Shown here piece by piece: positions 52,802 to 63,392 of a stretch of 64,000 nucleotides of DNA. The notes beneath the pieces were generated by a model that did no database searches, was not told where the DNA came from, and was given only the letters and a program-made list of their open reading frames with translations. Within the stretch, counting starts at the first letter, position 1. Every line of letters starts with the position of its first letter. Source of the stretch: Flavobacteriales bacterium (GTDB taxonomy: Bacteria > Bacteroidota > Bacteroidia > Flavobacteriales_D > Sanyastnellaceae); the NCBI GenBank assembly GCA_049610565.1, contig JBMYZR010000002.1, positions 38,536 to 102,535 of the forward strand, given 5' to 3'. Position numbers and translations under genes: made by a program.

Positions 52802-54070
52802 TCATCCCTCCGAGCGCAAGGCTTCCACCGGCTTGATGGCCAGTGCCCGCATGGCGGGCAGGACGCCCGCGAAGATGGCCATCCCCAGAAGGATGCACAA
52901 CACGGTGAGGACAGTTCCGAAATCGATTTCAGGATGGCGGAAAACCCCCGCATCGCCGCCGCTTTCGAGGTATCCGTCGACCGCCTCCAGCAGGCCGACA
53001 CCGAGGATCAGGCCGCAGAGTCCCGCGAGAAGCGTCAGGAACAGGGTCTCCCCGATGATCTGACGCAGGATGCGGATCGGCGTGGCACCGAGACTCCGCC
53101 GAATGCCGAGTTCCTTGGTGCGCTCCTTGATGGAGATGAGCATGATGTTGGTGATGCCGATGACGCCGGCCAACAGCGCAAGGGAGCCGAAGAGCAGCGA
53201 AATGAGCCGCATGCCGGAAAACAGCAGTTCCGCCTTCTGGAACTCCTCGGCCATGGACCAGCTCCCGATGGCCCGCGGATCGTCCGGGTGCACACTGAGC
53301 CGCGCCTTGATCAGCTGCTTGGTCGCCTCTTGAGCTTCTTCAGCGTCCACCCCGTCCTTGATGAGCATGGACAGCCACCCCACCCTGTCACGGGTATTGA
53401 ACGCCTTGCCAAACGTGGAGAACGGGATGTAAATGCTCTCCGCCTCGTTCTGGGCATCCTCGTCATTGCCCTTGGGGGTGTAGACCCCGACCACACGGAA
53501 GAGCACACCTTGAATCTGGACGGTCTCGCCAATGGGCTCCTCCCCGAATTCGAAGAGGATGTCCTGGACGCGGCTGCCGATGACGCAGACCTTCCGCTCA
53601 TTGTCCAAGTCCGCCTGGTTCAGGAAGCGGCCATTGGTGATGTTCATCGGCTTCACCTCCTGGTAGCGCGCGATGGCGCCGCTCACATCGAAGGCCCCAC
53701 TCTCCTTGCCGCGGATGACATTGTTGGTCCCCTGCCACCCGCCGAGCTGGATTTCCGGACAGACCAGATCGAGGTGCTGGGTGTTGGCCTCGAGCCATTT
53801 CACGTCGTCGATGTCGAGTTCGAGCCAGCGTCCCCGTTGGTATCCCTTGTAGGGAATGCTGGTGCTCATGGTCCAGGCGAACATGCTGTTGGACACATCG
53901 CTGCCCATGTCCGCCTTGACCCCGTTTTCCAACCCCCGGGCGGCCCCCACCGTGATGATGATCATGAAGAGCCCCCACCCGACGCCGAGCGCAGACAGGA
54001 AGGCGCGCAAAGGATTGCGCACGACCACCTGGACGAGTTCAATCAATCGGTCGCGGTCCAGTCCCATCAT
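52802..54070 (-). CDS. ABC transporter permease, FtsX/MacB type
   Basis: MacB_PCD-like periplasmic domain between TM1 and TM2, and a C-terminal FtsX domain (IKERTKELGIRRSLGA). 422 aa. Confidence 0.8.
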   Translation of the reverse strand: MMGLDRDRLIELVQVVVRNPLRAFLSALGVGWGLFMIIITVGAARGLENGVKADMGSDVSNSMFAWTMSTSIPYKGYQRGRWLELDIDDVKWLEANTQHLDLVCPEIQLGGWQGTNNVIRGKESGAFDVSGAIARYQEVKPMNITNGRFLNQADLDNERKVCVIGSRVQDILFEFGEEPIGETVQIQGVLFRVVGVYTPKGNDEDAQNEAESIYIPFSTFGKAFNTRDRVGWLSMLIKDGVDAEEAQEATKQLIKARLSVHPDDPRAIGSWSMAEEFQKAELLFSGMRLISLLFGSLALLAGVIGITNIMLISIKERTKELGIRRSLGATPIRILRQIIGETLFLTLLAGLCGLILGVGLLEAVDGYLESGGDAGVFRHPEIDFGTVLTVLCILLGMAIFAGVLPAMRALAIKPVEALRSEG

Positions 54071-55289
54071 TCGTAGCGAAGGGCTTCAATGGGACGAATG
54101 CGCACGGCCCGCAGTGCGGGGACGAGGCCGCTCAGTGCGCCGGCCACCACCAACACGATCAGGGCGGTGACCGTCACGCGGAGGTTGACCTCCGGATTGG
54201 TGAAGTAGTCGTGTTGGGCGTAGGGAGCGGCAAAATTCAGCGTGGCCACCCCCGCCATCAACCCCAGCGAACCGGAGACGAGGGTCAGTGACACTGCCTC
54301 GATGACGATGAGCGACAGGATGCTGCCGGATGTGGCGCCGAGGGCCTTGCGTACCCCGATCTCCACGGTGCGCTCCTTGACCACGATGGCCATGATGTTG
54401 GCCACCCCGATGGCACCCGCGAGCAAGGTGAAGCCGCCGATGACCCAGATGAAGAGCCGAATGCCCTTGAAGATCCGGTCGAACATCGCGTAGTCCTCCT
54501 GGTTGTCGCGGACCCGAACGGCCCGCTGGTCCTCGGGGTGCACGGAGTGCCTCAGGCGCAAGTCGCCGTCGATGGCGTCGACCATGGCCGTGGACCCCGC
54601 GAGGTCCCGGTCGCCCGTGGAGAGGACCATGGATCCGATGACATCATCACCTTGGAAGAGGCGCTGCATGGTGGTCATCGGAATGTAGACCATGCTGTTG
54701 CCCCACCGCCCATTCTTGGTGAAATGGCCCACCACACGGAACGTGATGCCGCGAAGGTTGATGTACTCCCCGATGGGAGACCGCTTCTTGAACAGCTCGT
54801 TGATCAAGTTCTCCCCGATCACACAGACTTTCGCTTCATCGGCCAGGTCGTCAGCGTGCAACCAGCGCCCTCCGGTCAGCGGAATCAGATCCAGGTCATC
54901 GAAATCCGGCTCCACACCGACCACAGGGTAGTTGCCTTGTTCGCCCTTGTACTGGACTGTCGAGCCCCACATGCTCAGTCTGCCCGACACCGCCGGGGTC
55001 TCCACCACCTGCTCGGTGACCCGTTGCTCGTCCTCGTTGTGGAGTTCGATGTAACGGTTGGGTTGGCGGCCTCTGTAAGCCAATGTCGTGGTGCCTGTCC
55101 GCACCCATATGGTGTTCTTGGCCTCATCGCCAAAGTCCTGTTCCACCCCATTCTGGAGGCCGAATCCCAGCCCCTGCATGACCACAAGGATGAAGATGCC
55201 CAAACCCACCGACAGCCCGGTCAACGCCGTCCTCAGGGGGTTGGCGGTCACCGTGTGGGCGATTTCGATCCAGGTCTCGCGGTTGAACA

Positions 55290-55293
<4 letters not shown>
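54067..55293 (-). CDS. ABC transporter permease, FtsX/MacB type (second paralogue)
   Basis: Same architecture as the neighbouring permease (VKERTVEIGVRKALGA). 4-nt overlaps with both neighbours. Confidence 0.8.
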
Positions 55294-56009
<716 letters not shown>

Positions 56010-56013
56010 GCCG

Positions 56014-56021
56014 CGAAGGTA
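56014..56021 (-). promoter_or_regulatory. -7 box TACCTTCG, 4 nt upstream of the ABC ATPase ATG
   Basis: The minus strand reads TACCTTCG-CGGC-ATG(56009), the same spacer as at 29449. Confidence 0.4.
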
Positions 56022-56050
56022 CGGACCGACCATCGGCCTCAGCGACCACG

Positions 56051-56078
56051 AAAAAGGCCCGCGCGTGCGGGCCTTTTT
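56051..56078 (-). terminator. Intrinsic terminator after the 259-aa secreted-protein gene (structure is bidirectional)
   Basis: AAAAA-GGCCCGC (56056-56062)-loop-GCGGGCC (56067-56073)-TTTTT, 24 nt beyond the stop at 56102. Confidence 0.75.
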
Positions 56079-56101
56079 CATCGTTCACAACACGCCGAAT
56101 C

Positions 56102-56881
56102 TCATTCGGAATCACAGGGTGTGTTGGCGGGATCGGCATAATTCGGGGCCGTCTTGTCCGTACAGTTGTCCTCGTCATCGCAGAGGCCATCGGAATCCGT
56201 ATCGCTCACGCCGCAGTCGCAGCACAAATCAAACGGCACGATGACCATCACCCCTGCGCTCGCGCAGTCATCGGCATCCGATGCCGTCACCGTGTAGGAT
56301 CCTGGAAGAATGCCGTCCACATCACCAGGGTACGGAAAGTCGTAGTCCTGACTGCCGTTGATGCCCGCGAGGGCAACCGAGGTCGGAGCACCGGACGCCA
56401 CTTCCACATCCAAGGCACCGTCCCCAGAGGCCAAGGATGAGGGAACCGAAGCCACGCTGACCTCCCCCAGCTCCGGCGCAAACACACAGGGCAACGGGGT
56501 CAATGTGGCCTCCGCTCCATGGAGGGACATGATCATGGCCGACTCGTCCTCATTGAAGGAAAGCAACTGAACCTCGCAATCCGAAGTCGTCGAGGCGAGG
56601 GCACATTGGCCGTCCACCTCCATCACCGAGTACGCGAAGCTTCCGATGACGGTGCCGTCAGGTGCCAACTCCTCAGCCAAGCCGTCTTCCCCGAAGTGAA
56701 CGAGGGTTTCGATCGTCACACAGGACGAACCGAAACTGGCCGTGTGGGTGAGGGCCATCAACTCATCCTCCAGAAACTCAACCAAGGGGGTGCAATCCGG
56801 AACAGGGGGAGTGGGAATTGACGCCACGAGACTCCCTGAAGAGAACAGCGCAAAAACAAACAAGAGCGTGAGCGTACGCAT
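56102..56881 (-). CDS. Secreted hypothetical protein with SprB-like repeat, TSP3-type Asp-rich Ca-binding loop and terminal Cys-bounded NY mini-repeat
   Basis: ATG 56881 gives the signal peptide MRTLTLLFVFALFSSGSLVAS (ORF-track start 56902 is a TTG). A SprB-like unit is present (...LPGSYTVTASDADDC...). The C-terminus is GVSDTDSDGLCDDEDNCTDKTAPNYADPANTPC. Confidence 0.5.
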   Translation of the reverse strand: MRTLTLLFVFALFSSGSLVASIPTPPVPDCTPLVEFLEDELMALTHTASFGSSCVTIETLVHFGEDGLAEELAPDGTVIGSFAYSVMEVDGQCALASTTSDCEVQLLSFNEDESAMIMSLHGAEATLTPLPCVFAPELGEVSVASVPSSLASGDGALDVEVASGAPTSVALAGINGSQDYDFPYPGDVDGILPGSYTVTASDADDCASAGVMVIVPFDLCCDCGVSDTDSDGLCDDEDNCTDKTAPNYADPANTPCDSE

Positions 56882-56992
56882 GGACAAATGGGTTTGGTTC
56901 AACAGCCAGTGCGGTCACCGACTCTCCTGAAAAATACCGATTCATCACCACAGCGGACGAGAAAAGGAGTCCCCGTTTTGTGGGCGAAGGCC

Positions 56993-58477
56993 TCACGCCT
57001 TCAAGAAATCCACCGCAGCCGTCATTCGGGACGATTGCTCCACATCTCCCTCCTGGGGCGGCACCTCATCCCGGAAACGCCCGAGGAACGCCTGCTGCCG
57101 GCCGGACAATCCGGGGTTTGCTCTGAAATGAAGCGCCTGGCTGGCGGTGAGGAGCTCGGAGGCGAGAATCTCGCGGGTGCCCTCGACGACCGCGAGCAAC
57201 TGCAGGCCAGCGTTGGCGCCCATGCTCACATGGTCCTCCTGGCCGTTGCTGCTGTCGATGGTGTCCACGCTGGCGGGCATGGCACGCATCTTGTTGCGGG
57301 CCACGATGCTCGCGGCGGTGTATTGCACAATCATGAGCCCGCTGTCCAGACCGGGGTCGGTGGCCAGGAACGGCGGCAGGCCGCGTGTTCCGCTGAGGAG
57401 CTTGAAGATGCGACGTTCGGACATGGTACCAAGCTCACTCGCCGCCACCTTCAGGTGATCCAGAATCACAGCGAGGGGCTCTCCGTGGAAATTGCCTGCG
57501 CTGATGACCTCGCCGGAATCCGGCAACAAGATGGGGTTGTCGGTCACCGCCGTCCCCTCGCCTTCCAGCGTCGCGACACCCAGGTCGATGGCCTTGCGCA
57601 CGGCACCGTACACCTGCGGAATGCACCGGAAGCTGTACGGGTCCTGCACCCACTCATGGGTTTCCCGGAGAAATTCCGCCCCCTCGAGCCATTCACGCAT
57701 GGCCGCCGCGCTCGCCTGTTGGCCGGCATGTTGACGGAGGGCATGCACAGCCGGATGGAACGGGGCGTCCAGCCCTTCGAAGGCAGCCAGACTCAGGCTC
57801 GAAATCCCGTGCGCCTGTTGCCAAAGGACCTCCAACTGGTGGAGGGCATGGGCGAGCAGGGCCGACATCATCTGGGTGCCGTTGATGAGGGCCAACCCCT
57901 CCTTCGGGCCGAGAGAAATCGGACTCCACCCTTTTTCTGCGAGCACCTCTGCAGCGGGACGCGTGGTCCACTCACCATCTGCTCCGCGCTCCATGAGTTC
58001 GCCTTCGCCGAGGAGCGGCAGGCACATGTGGCTCAGTGGAGCCAAGTCTCCACTGGCACCCAACGACCCTTGACGGGGCACCACCGGCATCAGCCCCTCA
58101 TTGAAGAAGGCCACCAACCGGTCCACCGTCTCCGGCTGCACCCCACTGTGACCGCGGATGAGGCCGCAGACCTTGAAGAGGAGCATCCAACGGACAATCT
58201 CAGGCGGCAGCGGCGCGCCGAGGCCGGCGGCATGGCTGCGCAGGATGTTGTCCTGAAGCTGATGCAACGCGTCCTCCCCCACGCGGACATGGGCCAATTG
58301 ACCGAAGCCCGTGTTGACTCCGTACACCGTGCGGCCGGAAGCGACGACCTCCAACAGGAAATCGTGGGCGCGTTGGACGTTGTGGCGGGCATCGTCAGAG
58401 AGAACAATGCGGTCTGCCGCGTACAGGGATTGCAGCTGGGTCCAGCTCAGCTGGCCGGGGTGAAGGCTCTGGTCCAT
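56993..58477 (-). CDS. hutH: Histidine ammonia-lyase
   Basis: MIO-forming GSLGASGDLAPLSH, and about 494 aa from ATG 58477. ORF-track start 58630 over-extends into the divergent gene. Confidence 0.9.
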   Translation of the reverse strand: MDQSLHPGQLSWTQLQSLYAADRIVLSDDARHNVQRAHDFLLEVVASGRTVYGVNTGFGQLAHVRVGEDALHQLQDNILRSHAAGLGAPLPPEIVRWMLLFKVCGLIRGHSGVQPETVDRLVAFFNEGLMPVVPRQGSLGASGDLAPLSHMCLPLLGEGELMERGADGEWTTRPAAEVLAEKGWSPISLGPKEGLALINGTQMMSALLAHALHQLEVLWQQAHGISSLSLAAFEGLDAPFHPAVHALRQHAGQQASAAAMREWLEGAEFLRETHEWVQDPYSFRCIPQVYGAVRKAIDLGVATLEGEGTAVTDNPILLPDSGEVISAGNFHGEPLAVILDHLKVAASELGTMSERRIFKLLSGTRGLPPFLATDPGLDSGLMIVQYTAASIVARNKMRAMPASVDTIDSSNGQEDHVSMGANAGLQLLAVVEGTREILASELLTASQALHFRANPGLSGRQQAFLGRFRDEVPPQEGDVEQSSRMTAAVDFLKA

Positions 58478-58485
58478 GGTTGTCG

Positions 58486-58493
58486 CGAATTTA
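58486..58493 (-). promoter_or_regulatory. -7 box TAAATTCG, 8 nt upstream of the hutH ATG
   Basis: The minus strand reads TAAATTCG-CGACAACC-ATG(58477). Confidence 0.4.
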
Positions 58494-58538
58494 CCCGGGT
58501 CTCCCGCTATCTTGCCCTTCCAATCCGAAAACCGGACC

Positions 58539-59855
58539 ATGCGATTCCCATTGACCCTCTGCCTCCTGGCAGTCTTCGGGGCCCTTTCCGCCCAGCGGGC
58601 CCCCATCGAATTCGAGGAATATGACCTCAAGAACGGGCTTCACGTCATCCTGCACGAAGACCACAGCGCCCCCATCGTGGCCGTCTCCGTGATGTACCAC
58701 GTCGGCTCCAAGAATGAGAACCCGGAGCGCACCGGCATGGCCCACTTCTTCGAGCATCTGCTCTTCGAAGGCTCCGAGAACATCGGGCGCGGCGAATTTT
58801 TCAAGTACATCCAGAACGCCGGCGGCCAGAACAACGCCAACACCTCCAACGACCGCACATTCTATTACGAAGTGCTCCCGTCGAACCAGCTCGAGCTCGG
58901 CCTGTGGCTGGAGAGCGAGCGGATGCTCCACGCCCGCGTCGAGCGCATCGGCATCGAGACCCAGCGTGAGGTCGTGAAGGAGGAGCGCCGCCAGCGTGTG
59001 GACAACCAGCCCTACGGCAACCTCATCGAGGAGACCATGAAGCGCGCCTACCTCGAGCACCCCTACCGTTGGCCCGTCATCGGGTCCATGGCCCACCTCA
59101 ACGCGGCTGAAGACCAAGAGTTCACCGACTTCTACGAGACCTTCTACGTGCCCAACAACGCCGTGCTCTCCATCGCCGGCGACTTCAACCGCAAGGACCT
59201 GAAGAAGATGATCGAAGGCTACTTCGGTCCTGTCCCGCGCGGCACCAAGGACATCCCCCGCCCGACCATCGAAGAGCCCTATAAGGTGACGGAGGTGCGG
59301 GACACCATCTGGGGCGATGACCAACTGCCGCTGGTCCTCATGGCCTACCCGATTCCCGCCGAGGGAACGCCGGACTACTACGCCGTCGACCTGCTCAACA
59401 CCGCCCTGAGCGGAGGCCAATCGAGCCGCCTGAACCGCGCAGTGGTCGATGACCAGGAGCTCGCCGTCTTCTGCGGCGCCTTCAGCTTCGGCCTGGAGGA
59501 TCCCGGTCAGACCATCGCTTACGCGGTGGCCAACATCGGCACGGACCCCGCCGAGGTCGAGAACGCGATGGTCGCTGAAATCGACCGCGTCAAGTCCGAA
59601 GGCATCACGCCCGCCGAGCTCGACAAGCTCAAGAACCAGGTGGAAAGCGGATTTGTCCAGTCCAATGGCACCATGCGCGGCATCGCAGAATCCCTCGCCA
59701 ACTACCACATGTACTTCGGGGACGCCAACCTCATCAACAACGAGATCGACCGCTACATGGCGGTGACGGCCGAGGACATCCAGAAGGCCGCCAACGATTA
59801 CTACAACCACGACCGCCGCGTCGTCCTGTACTTCATGAACGAGAACGCACAATGA
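58539..59855 (+). CDS. M16-family zinc peptidase (insulinase-like), catalytic subunit
   Basis: Signal peptide MRFPLTLCLLAVFGALSAQ and the HFFEHLLFEGS (HxxEH) zinc motif. 438 aa. Confidence 0.8.
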   Translation: MRFPLTLCLLAVFGALSAQRAPIEFEEYDLKNGLHVILHEDHSAPIVAVSVMYHVGSKNENPERTGMAHFFEHLLFEGSENIGRGEFFKYIQNAGGQNNANTSNDRTFYYEVLPSNQLELGLWLESERMLHARVERIGIETQREVVKEERRQRVDNQPYGNLIEETMKRAYLEHPYRWPVIGSMAHLNAAEDQEFTDFYETFYVPNNAVLSIAGDFNRKDLKKMIEGYFGPVPRGTKDIPRPTIEEPYKVTEVRDTIWGDDQLPLVLMAYPIPAEGTPDYYAVDLLNTALSGGQSSRLNRAVVDDQELAVFCGAFSFGLEDPGQTIAYAVANIGTDPAEVENAMVAEIDRVKSEGITPAELDKLKNQVESGFVQSNGTMRGIAESLANYHMYFGDANLINNEIDRYMAVTAEDIQKAANDYYNHDRRVVLYFMNENAQ

Positions 59856-61927
59856 ACCGCATTGCCTCCCTCCTTCTGACCCTGGCGGTCTTGATGCCCG
59901 CCGCGGTCCTCGCCCAGGTCGACCGCTCCCAAGCCCCGGCTCCGGCCCCGGCACCCGAAATCGTCCTCGGCGACTACACCGTCGAGACCCTCGAGAACGG
60001 CCTGACCCTCATCGTGGTCGAAAACCACAAGCTCCCCCGCGTCAGCTACCGCCTGACGCTGGACGTCGACCCCATCTTCGAAGGGGCCAAGGCCGGATAC
60101 ACCAGCATGGCCGGATCGATGATGCGCAAGGGCACCACCACCCGGTCCAAGGCCGAAATCGACGAGGCCGTCGACCGGATCGGCGCCAGCCTCGGCACCT
60201 CCGGCTTCGGCATGAACGGCCGTTGCCTCGTCCAGCACAGCGCGACCCTGCTCGAGCTCATGTCCGACATCCTGATGAACCCCACCTTCCCCGAGGAAGA
60301 GATGGAAAAGGAGCGGAAGCAGACGCTGAGCGGATTCGCCAGCAGCGCCACCGACGCCAACCAGATTTCCGGACGCCTGTCCCGGGCCATGACCTACGGC
60401 CTGAAGCACCCCTACGGCGAGAGCTCCAACGAGAAGACCGTGGAGGCCATCACCCGCGAGGACCTGATGGCCCACTACGCCTCCATCTGGAAGCCAAACG
60501 TCGCCTACCTCGTCGTCGTGGGCGACATCACCCCCGAGACGGCACGCGACCAGGCCGAAAAGTACTTCGGCGAGTGGCGCCCGAATGAGGTCAAGTCCGA
60601 TCGCTTTGCCCGCCCGGTTCCGCCCAAGGGCAACCGCGTCTGCTTCGCCCCGGTTCCCGGTGCCGTCCAAAGCGTGATTGACATCACCTTCCCGGTCTAC
60701 CTCAAGCCCGGTCATCCAGACGTGGTGGCGGTGAGCGTGATGAACACCATGCTCGGCGGGTTCTTCGGCAGCCGCCTCAACCAGAACCTCCGCGAAGACA
60801 AGGGCTACACCTACGGCGCCCGCAGCTCCATCGGACCCGACGAACTGGTCGGCCGATTCAGCGCCCGAGCCAGCGTCCGCAATGAGGTGACCGACAGCTC
60901 CCTCGTTGAATTCCTGTCCGAAATCCGGAAAATGGTCGAAACGCCGGCCCCCGACAGCACGCTGCAGTTCGTCAAGAACTACCTCAACGGCAGCTTCGCC
61001 CTGTCGCTGGAGCGTCCGGAGACCATCGCCCGCTTCGCCCTCAACATCGAGCGCTACGGATTCCCCGCCGACTACTACTCCACCTACCTGGGCCGCCTCG
61101 ACGCCGTCACGGTGGAGGACGTGCAGCGCGTGGCCCGCACCTACCTGCGCCCCGACAACATGAACATCACCATCGCCGGCAACCGGGATGTCGCCGACGG
61201 ACTGGCGCAATTCGCTTCCAGCGGCCAAGTAGAGTTCTTCGATGCCTTCGGCGAGCCGCTGAAGGAACTCGACCCTGCCCCCGAGGGCATGACCGCGGAG
61301 GACGTGTTCAACGCCTACTACGCCGCACGCGGCGGTGCCGACAAACTCGCCAAGCTCAAGGGCGTGATGATGACCGGCGAAATGGCAGCAGGCCCCATGT
61401 CATTGGAGATGGTGCAAGCCCACGAGAATGGAGGCGCCGGCTACACGCGCATCTCCGCCGGAGGCAGCGTGATGCAGGAGACCCGCTTCGATGGCAAAAA
61501 AGGCAGCGAGTCGGCCATGGGTCAGGTCTCCGCGATGGACGAGGCCAAGATCATGGACACCAAGCGGAACCACGACCTACTCGAGTTCCTTCACCTTGCC
61601 GACTATGGCATGAGTGCGGAATTGCTCGGCGTTGACCCGATCAACGAAGTGCCCCATTACCTGATCGACATCCGGAAGGACGGATCCGTGGTCGAATCCC
61701 ACTGGTTCGACGTCGCCACGGGCCTTCGCGCCCGGACCGTCCGGACCGAGAGCACGCCGCGAGGCGACATGACCATCACCCTCGACTACGGCACCATGGT
61801 GGAAGCCAAGGGCCTCAAGTTCGAAGGCGAGGTGACCATGAAGACCGGTGGACAGGAAATGAAGATGACCATGACCGACGTCAAGGTCAACCCGAAACTG
61901 GACGCCGCCGACTACTCCGTCGAGTGA
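59852..61927 (+). CDS. M16-family peptidase-like protein lacking HxxEH (non-catalytic partner) with about 250-aa C-terminal extension
   Basis: ATGA overlap with the upstream M16 gene. Has a signal peptide and an M16 fold pattern, but no HxxEH motif was seen. The C-terminal third is of unknown family. Confidence 0.7.
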   Translation: MNRIASLLLTLAVLMPAAVLAQVDRSQAPAPAPAPEIVLGDYTVETLENGLTLIVVENHKLPRVSYRLTLDVDPIFEGAKAGYTSMAGSMMRKGTTTRSKAEIDEAVDRIGASLGTSGFGMNGRCLVQHSATLLELMSDILMNPTFPEEEMEKERKQTLSGFASSATDANQISGRLSRAMTYGLKHPYGESSNEKTVEAITREDLMAHYASIWKPNVAYLVVVGDITPETARDQAEKYFGEWRPNEVKSDRFARPVPPKGNRVCFAPVPGAVQSVIDITFPVYLKPGHPDVVAVSVMNTMLGGFFGSRLNQNLREDKGYTYGARSSIGPDELVGRFSARASVRNEVTDSSLVEFLSEIRKMVETPAPDSTLQFVKNYLNGSFALSLERPETIARFALNIERYGFPADYYSTYLGRLDAVTVEDVQRVARTYLRPDNMNITIAGNRDVADGLAQFASSGQVEFFDAFGEPLKELDPAPEGMTAEDVFNAYYAARGGADKLAKLKGVMMTGEMAAGPMSLEMVQAHENGGAGYTRISAGGSVMQETRFDGKKGSESAMGQVSAMDEAKIMDTKRNHDLLEFLHLADYGMSAELLGVDPINEVPHYLIDIRKDGSVVESHWFDVATGLRARTVRTESTPRGDMTITLDYGTMVEAKGLKFEGEVTMKTGGQEMKMTMTDVKVNPKLDAADYSVE

Positions 61928-62622
61928 GTGACGCGGCCGCCCCGTTGATTGCGCTCGCCGGCGCGGACCTCCACCAGGAGGAACACATCGTCCTGAGCGG
62001 TGTGGACCTCGAGGCCCGCGCCGGCGAGTTCATTTACCTCATCGGCCGAACCGGATCGGGCAAGAGCAGCCTGCTCAAGACCCTGTACGGCGAGCTCCCG
62101 CTGACCGTCGGAAGCGGATCCGTCTGTGGTGTGGACCTCACCACGCTCCACCGCAAACAGGTCCACCTCCTCCGGCGCAAGCTGGGCATCGTGTTCCAGG
62201 ATTTCGAACTCCTGACGGACCGGACCGCCAACGAAAACCTGCAGTTCGTCCTCAAGGTGACCGACTGGAAGGATGCGGGCGACCGGGAGCGGCGCATCGC
62301 TGAGGTCATGCAGGCCGTCGGCCTCGAAAACAAAGGCTACAAGCGGCCCCATGAATTGAGCGGTGGAGAGCGTCAGCGACTCGCCATCGCCCGGGCCCTG
62401 CTCAATGCGCCCGACCTCATCCTCGCCGACGAGCCCACCGGCAACCTCGATCCGCAGACCGCCGAGGGCATCCTGCAGCTCCTGCACGATTTGGCCTCCC
62501 AAGGACGTTGTGTCCTCATGGCCACCCACAACCACGACATCCTGCGCCGCAGGCCGGGTCGCATCCTGCAATGCGACAAAGGCAAATTGACGGAACTCCA
62601 GGCCCCGCCCGTCCTCGCATGA
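61924..62622 (+). CDS. ftsE: FtsE-like ABC ATP-binding protein
   Basis: GTGA overlap with the upstream stop. Walker A GRTGSGKSSL, LSGGERQRLAIARAL and ILADEPTGNLD. About 230 aa, with an FtsE-like size and composition. No ftsX gene is adjacent. Confidence 0.6.
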   Translation: MSDAAAPLIALAGADLHQEEHIVLSGVDLEARAGEFIYLIGRTGSGKSSLLKTLYGELPLTVGSGSVCGVDLTTLHRKQVHLLRRKLGIVFQDFELLTDRTANENLQFVLKVTDWKDAGDRERRIAEVMQAVGLENKGYKRPHELSGGERQRLAIARALLNAPDLILADEPTGNLDPQTAEGILQLLHDLASQGRCVLMATHNHDILRRRPGRILQCDKGKLTELQAPPVLA

Positions 62623-63392
62623 TGGACGCCGGCCGGCCTTCCTTGTGTCTTGCCATCCCCCTCCTCGACGCCAGGGAGTCGGACGCCCTCGCCCGGACGC
62701 TTGACTCGATTGTGGCCGCCGGATTTGTTGCGTCGACTGAGGTCTTGATCCAGGTTGGCCAGAGCGACCGCGGCGCCTTCCCCCCTGACCTGCTCGACCA
62801 CCCCTGCTCACCGGCTTGGTCCTTCCAACCGGACAGCGGCATCTACGCCGCCATGAACACCCTGCTCCACCGGGCGACGTCCGACCGCATTCTGTATGTC
62901 GGCGCGGGAGATGTCGTCCTTCCCGGACTGGCTGCGGCTGTCGACCGGTGGTCAAGCCAAAGCGTGGCGCCGGACCTCATCCAACTCGGAGGGGTGCGGT
63001 TGCCGGACGCCGAACCGGGTGTCCCCGACCATTACCCCGCCCGGTGGGACGCCTCCCTGCGCTGGCGGAACACCACGCACCACCAAGGCATGGCCTGTCC
63101 ACGGACGCACCTCCTCGAAGCCGGGGGCTTCCGAAAGGACCTCGCCGTGCTGGGCGACTACGCCATGAACCTCATGCTGTGGCAAGCCGGCATCCAAGCA
63201 GCATGGACCGATGGCGAAGATTGGGTATCGGTTCAATCCGGCGGGGTGTCCCGGCAATTCACGCCCTCACTGTACGCCGAGGAACGGCGTATGAAACGCG
63301 AGGTGCTGCAACCGGGTCCAGCCCGCTGGATCCAACCCCTGTGGATTGCCTTGAAGTCCCGCTGGAAGCGAAGCCGTCAGTCCGGGCGGTGA
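62619..63392 (+). CDS. Putative glycosyltransferase (GT2-like)
   Basis: ATGA overlap with the ftsE stop. LCLAIPLLDARESDALARTLDSI...VGAGDVV loosely follows the N-terminal GT-A pattern. This is a weak assignment. Confidence 0.4.
   Translation: MMDAGRPSLCLAIPLLDARESDALARTLDSIVAAGFVASTEVLIQVGQSDRGAFPPDLLDHPCSPAWSFQPDSGIYAAMNTLLHRATSDRILYVGAGDVVLPGLAAAVDRWSSQSVAPDLIQLGGVRLPDAEPGVPDHYPARWDASLRWRNTTHHQGMACPRTHLLEAGGFRKDLAVLGDYAMNLMLWQAGIQAAWTDGEDWVSVQSGGVSRQFTPSLYAEERRMKREVLQPGPARWIQPLWIALKSRWKRSRQSGR

Noticed and set aside
56010-56081. N-terminal 24 codons of the ABC ATPase ORF-track model (MKKARTRGPFSWSLRPMVGPYLRG).
   Set aside because: These codons are the reverse reading of the terminator hairpin at 56051-56078. 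The homologous ATPase N-terminus begins at MLALRGIEKAY, with a -7 box 4 nt upstream.
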